Below, in pieces: positions 14,041 through 17,277 of a stretch of DNA of 17,277 nucleotides. The notes beneath the pieces are model-generated. The model saw only the letters and a list, made by a program, of their open reading frames with translations, was not told where the DNA came from and did no database searches. Each line of letters starts with the position of its first letter. Position 1 is the first letter of the stretch. Position numbers and translations under genes: made by a program. The DNA lies in IMG/VR virus record IMGVR_UViG_2529292908_000014, positions 1 through 17,277 of that record; one strand, given 5' to 3'. The DNA is from a virus (taxonomy: Duplodnaviria > Heunggongvirae > Uroviricota > Caudoviricetes).

Positions 14041-14915
14041 GCGAATTTATCTATGGCCTGCACACTGACCGGCGCATCGCTGATATCGCAAATCCGGTAC
14101 ACACCGCGCGCCAGTTTGAACAGGCGGCGGGCATTACCCAGCGAGCGCGCGTAAAGCGCCTCGCTGATTTCCGGTTCTGCTGCTTCCGGCATCAGCCCGG
14201 TGGCTATCTGGTTAAAATCTTCCTGCGCCAGCGTGTCGCCCAGGTTAAGCGCCAGCGCCACGCGGCTGTATAACTGCGCAAATTCACCACGACGCCCCTT
14301 GAGATTAATCAGAAGACGAGGCATACCCGCCAGGACAACCCCGATACCCGCTTTATCATGCAGACGGCGCAGAACCTCCAGTGCGCGATAGGGGAGCAGT
14401 TCAGCTTCGTCCACCATCAGCAGACGACCGGAATCACGCAGTTCGCGCACACAGGCATCAATCAGTTCGTGAATGTTGCCGCGAACCTTTACCCCCAGCT
14501 GGCGGCACAACTCCTCAAGCAGTGTCCTGGCTGTATAGCCCGGGTCAGCCTCAATCAGGACCGCATCCCGGTTTCTGGCGGCGTATTCACGCAGAATCAT
14601 TGTTTTGCCAAGGCCAGCTGCGCCATACAGCACACAGATTTCACATTCCAGGTGAGCGTAGGCCAGCACCTCCAGTCCTTTGGCAGCCATACCAGTGGTC
14701 ACAAACTTTGCTTTAATACGGCGGCTGTTTTCCTTTTCCCGCTCACGGGTCACAAAGGCAGAAATGCGTTCTTCAATATCAGCCATATCGCCCTGATATT
14801 TACCCTGCAAATACTGGTTGATAACGGCGCTGCTACGACCAATTGCACGGGCGACGTGGGTCTGCGTATAGCCGCGACGGGCCATTACGTCATTTAATTG
14901 CGTAATTAAACTCAT
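14022..14915 (-). CDS. B: Transposition ATPase B (MuB-like AAA+ target DNA activator)
   Basis: 297-aa ORF, ATG at 14915 with AAGG upstream. N-terminal HTH-like segment ending …VINQYLQGKYQGD (Mu B has …FINDKYNGD), Walker A GAAGLGKT, Walker B LLMVDEAELL. Follows A as in Mu. Confidence 0.85.
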   Translation of the reverse strand: MSLITQLNDVMARRGYTQTHVARAIGRSSAVINQYLQGKYQGDMADIEERISAFVTREREKENSRRIKAKFVTTGMAAKGLEVLAYAHLECEICVLYGAAGLGKTMILREYAARNRDAVLIEADPGYTARTLLEELCRQLGVKVRGNIHELIDACVRELRDSGRLLMVDEAELLPYRALEVLRRLHDKAGIGVVLAGMPRLLINLKGRRGEFAQLYSRVALALNLGDTLAQEDFNQIATGLMPEAAEPEISEALYARSLGNARRLFKLARGVYRICDISDAPVSVQAIDKFAEMLIH

Positions 14916-14933
14916 AATTAAATACCTTTTAAA

Positions 14934-17000
14934 TTAACGGTTGTTTGTGCCGTTTTTCTTTAAATTGCGCTCGCGTTCAGATGCGAATAAATAAAGTTCT
15001 TCTTTTTCCTTTTTCTCCGGGCGCTCCAGACCAAATCCAAAATTAAACTCAGATTTCTGCGTAATAGCCGGGGTAAGCTCGCGTTTCGCCTCTTCGATTT
15101 TCTGCGTGGCCCGTGCAATACGGCCCCTGACGCGTTTCTCCAGTTTTTGCTCGATAACTGGTTTAGCGAAGGCATCAACCTTATTGCCGTTCCAGATGGC
15201 ATCGCAGATATAAGAGCCATCAGCCCGCCGGACAATGACACTGTTTGCATCATGAATATCGTAACTGACCCTGACTTCATTCCCGTGCTCTGCGGCCAGC
15301 TCATATGAGTAATAAATATTGTTGAATAACTGAATTTCCCCGCGAAATGTTTTGCGCGTCACCTCCGGTCTGAACATTTCATGCAGTTCTTCCGGCGACA
15401 GGAAATCAATTTCAACATTCTGCTCTTTTATCAGTTTCCGGCGATACGCTGCCGGGCTGTAATATTCGCCATCCTCTTTGCGGGGAAGGCTGCTGTGTGG
15501 CCGGTTGTTATAGCGTCTGACCTCCAGCTCTATGGCCGCCATCAGTTGCTCAAAGGTGGGGATTTCATCCCTCGCCTTAACCTGCCGTTTTGTCAGCTCT
15601 TTCCCTTTGTGGGTGGCCTTAATGGCTGACTGCATAATCCGTTGCTGCATCATTACGGTTTCCTTGTCTGCTCCCTTTGAGCAGTACGTCCGGAAACTCA
15701 GGGCCACATCCCGGGGAATTTCCTTGTTAAGCCTTTCAATCACCCCGCGCCCCTGTGGGTTACCTGGTATCCCCGTGTGATGTTCCACACCCAGCCGGGG
15801 GAGAACCCCGGTAATATCGGCATCAAGCACCCGGTTTTTTTCGCCGCCCCCGTTATCGGAGTAATAAATCAGCGGTATCCCGTGCTGTGCCATGCCGTAA
15901 CGCAACGCATCAGCAACGGCTATCACGTTTTCCGACAGGGACAGTGACCAGCCCACAACAAAGCGCTGCCCCGCATCCATAACCAGCGTCACTTCTGGCC
16001 GGAAAATATTGCCGGTCAGGGGGTTAAACGCGGTCATTTTCATACAGTGACCATCCCCGACCCATACCGCATTAACCGGTAATGTGCTCCAGTCGCGCCG
16101 CACAAAGGGATTGAGCGAACGCCAGGCTGAACCGGTGGAGCGGAAACGCTCTTTAACAATCACCGGGACGCTGCTTAACACCCGTCTGACTGCGTGAACT
16201 GAGGGCAGTGCCGCCAGCATTCCCGCATCGTTCGCGTGCTTCTCATGCCACCAGGCTGAAAACTCGCGATACGCATATTCAACGGTCGGGCGCTTCCATG
16301 AGCGATAGAACATAAAGAAATCGCTCAACCACCAGACCTGCTCCCACGGTGTTCCCTTATGATGACCGGGAGCCAGTAACGCCAGTAACTGATTGGCATC
16401 ACCGCGCGCCATCACCCAGCTGGAGTACCAGCTATCCAGGCTGCCGGTGCTGACACCGGTTCGCTTTCCCTGACGTGCATTTGCAGTATTCGCTGCTTCG
16501 ATAATGCGGTCAGGTAACGCCCCCATGCGCACACCATCAACGATGTGCTTTAACGCGGCCTTCCTGGTCATTCTGGCGTATTCACGCAGTTTATGCACTT
16601 CAGTAGCCAGCAATATCCGCGCATCAGCAATGGCCTTTTGCTTGTCGGTCAGTGCCTGGACTTCGCGTAATGCCAGTTCCGGGCATTTGACCATCACTTC
16701 CAGTTCATCGCGAACAGCAACGTTTTTAACTGCCTTCTGCTCAACCACAACGGGCAGTTGTGCATCTTCCAGAACCTGCTGGGCTAGACGTTGACGTAAA
16801 GCCTTCTGCGTTTCAGTGGGAAGGCTATGAATATGATATTCAACACCCCCACCTTTCATTTCTCTAACTCTACTCGCCCACTTATCTCGCTTCGCTTTTA
16901 CCGCAATCCCTACTCGTGTTGATGGAATTCCCGGCAAAGATAGATCTGCTAATTCTTGGGCCGAATAGTGCGTTTTTACACAGTCATCACTCATAACCAC
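14934..17000 (-). CDS. A: Mu-type DDE transposase A
   Basis: 688-aa ORF. N-terminus …AQELADLSLPGIPSTRVGIAVKAKRDKWASRVREMKGGGVEYHIHSLPTETQKAL parallels the MuA enhancer-binding domain as I recall it. Size and position between ner and B. Likely start at ATG 16992-16994 (track start 17000 is GTG). Confidence 0.9.
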   Translation of the reverse strand: MVMSDDCVKTHYSAQELADLSLPGIPSTRVGIAVKAKRDKWASRVREMKGGGVEYHIHSLPTETQKALRQRLAQQVLEDAQLPVVVEQKAVKNVAVRDELEVMVKCPELALREVQALTDKQKAIADARILLATEVHKLREYARMTRKAALKHIVDGVRMGALPDRIIEAANTANARQGKRTGVSTGSLDSWYSSWVMARGDANQLLALLAPGHHKGTPWEQVWWLSDFFMFYRSWKRPTVEYAYREFSAWWHEKHANDAGMLAALPSVHAVRRVLSSVPVIVKERFRSTGSAWRSLNPFVRRDWSTLPVNAVWVGDGHCMKMTAFNPLTGNIFRPEVTLVMDAGQRFVVGWSLSLSENVIAVADALRYGMAQHGIPLIYYSDNGGGEKNRVLDADITGVLPRLGVEHHTGIPGNPQGRGVIERLNKEIPRDVALSFRTYCSKGADKETVMMQQRIMQSAIKATHKGKELTKRQVKARDEIPTFEQLMAAIELEVRRYNNRPHSSLPRKEDGEYYSPAAYRRKLIKEQNVEIDFLSPEELHEMFRPEVTRKTFRGEIQLFNNIYYSYELAAEHGNEVRVSYDIHDANSVIVRRADGSYICDAIWNGNKVDAFAKPVIEQKLEKRVRGRIARATQKIEEAKRELTPAITQKSEFNFGFGLERPEKKEKEELYLFASERERNLKKNGTNNR

Positions 17001-17028
17001 TCACTGTCGGTGCTTATACACCAATAAA

Positions 17029-17277
17029 CTAGCGATTGTTATATCTTGATGGCCATATATCCTCTGGACTTACCCCAAGAAATTCGGCGATGATATGTTC
17101 GCCTTTTGGCCACGGACGATTAAGCGCGTTATTCAGATACCACGGACTCTTTCCCACATGTAACGATAAACGCCTTAATGACCATCCGCGTTTGCGTATC
17201 TCCGCAACAATGTCAGCTCGATGCCAATCGCCTTGAGTTTTTTTAGGTGTTTTGATGTACTCATAAAGTAACCTCAT
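17029..17277 (-). CDS. ner: Ner-like DNA-binding protein (Ner/Nlp family); start codon is the last 3 nt of the window, so the 5' end may be incomplete
   Basis: …DWHRADIVAEIRKRGWSLRRLSLHVGKSPWYLNNALNRPWPKGEHIIAEFLGVSPEDIWPSRY closely parallels Mu Ner (DWHRAD…WPKGE.IIA…PE.IWPSRY); stop 28 nt upstream of A. Confidence 0.8.
   Translation of the reverse strand: MRLLYEYIKTPKKTQGDWHRADIVAEIRKRGWSLRRLSLHVGKSPWYLNNALNRPWPKGEHIIAEFLGVSPEDIWPSRYNNR

Larger units (their letters stand above)
744..17277 (-). mobile_element. Mu-like transposable prophage remnant (early region, lysis cassette, partly deleted morphogenesis module); left end (repressor c, attL) lies beyond the right window edge; right end replaced by the IS
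   Basis: Co-linear minus-strand gene order ner - A - B - accessory ORFs - gemA - mor - lysis - gp27-like - [terminase fragment::tape measure] - gp43 - gp44, matching Mu organisation; recognisable MuA, MuB, Ner, GemA, Mor motifs. Confidence 0.85.

Noticed and set aside
1-17277. CRISPR arrays, tRNA or rRNA genes, integrase or attachment sites
   Set aside because: No spaced direct repeats, no cloverleaf-like or rRNA-like sequence; Mu-type phages integrate by transposition, and the prophage ends are outside the window or replaced by the IS.

Overview
This window is most of a decayed Mu-like (transposable) prophage, read in reverse, abutted on the left by the end of an IS186-like insertion sequence; the host is probably E. 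coli or Shigella. All phage genes are on the minus strand. From the right edge leftwards: ner (starts at the window edge), A transposase and B ATPase; a ~4.5 kb early accessory region of about a dozen small ORFs (DUF2786-like, possibly DUF3164-like and ANR-like among them); gemA and a Mor/C-family activator, each followed by an intrinsic-terminator hairpin; a lysis cassette (two small multi-pass membrane proteins, a zinc M15-type endolysin, a small lipoprotein); a gp27-like putative small terminase; and an orphan beta-class DNA methyltransferase. The structural module is badly damaged. One 2.5 kb ORF joins the N-terminal ATPase part of a large terminase in frame to a tail tape-measure protein, implying deletion of the portal, head, sheath and tube genes. 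It is followed by a DNA-circulation (gp43/N-like) gene and a baseplate-hub (gp44/P-like) gene that is cut short by the IS. The IS (1-743) carries a frame-broken IS4-family transposase. I did not find a clear novel defence system. The most unusual signals are the terminase-tape-measure chimera, a 19-bp direct repeat bracketing a stop-free in-frame extension of B, a 28-bp perfect palindrome with a third half-site, and a plus-strand mini-ORF with its own terminator inside the early operon. No tRNA, rRNA or CRISPR array was seen. All family assignments are from motif recognition by eye and recall, not from a database search.
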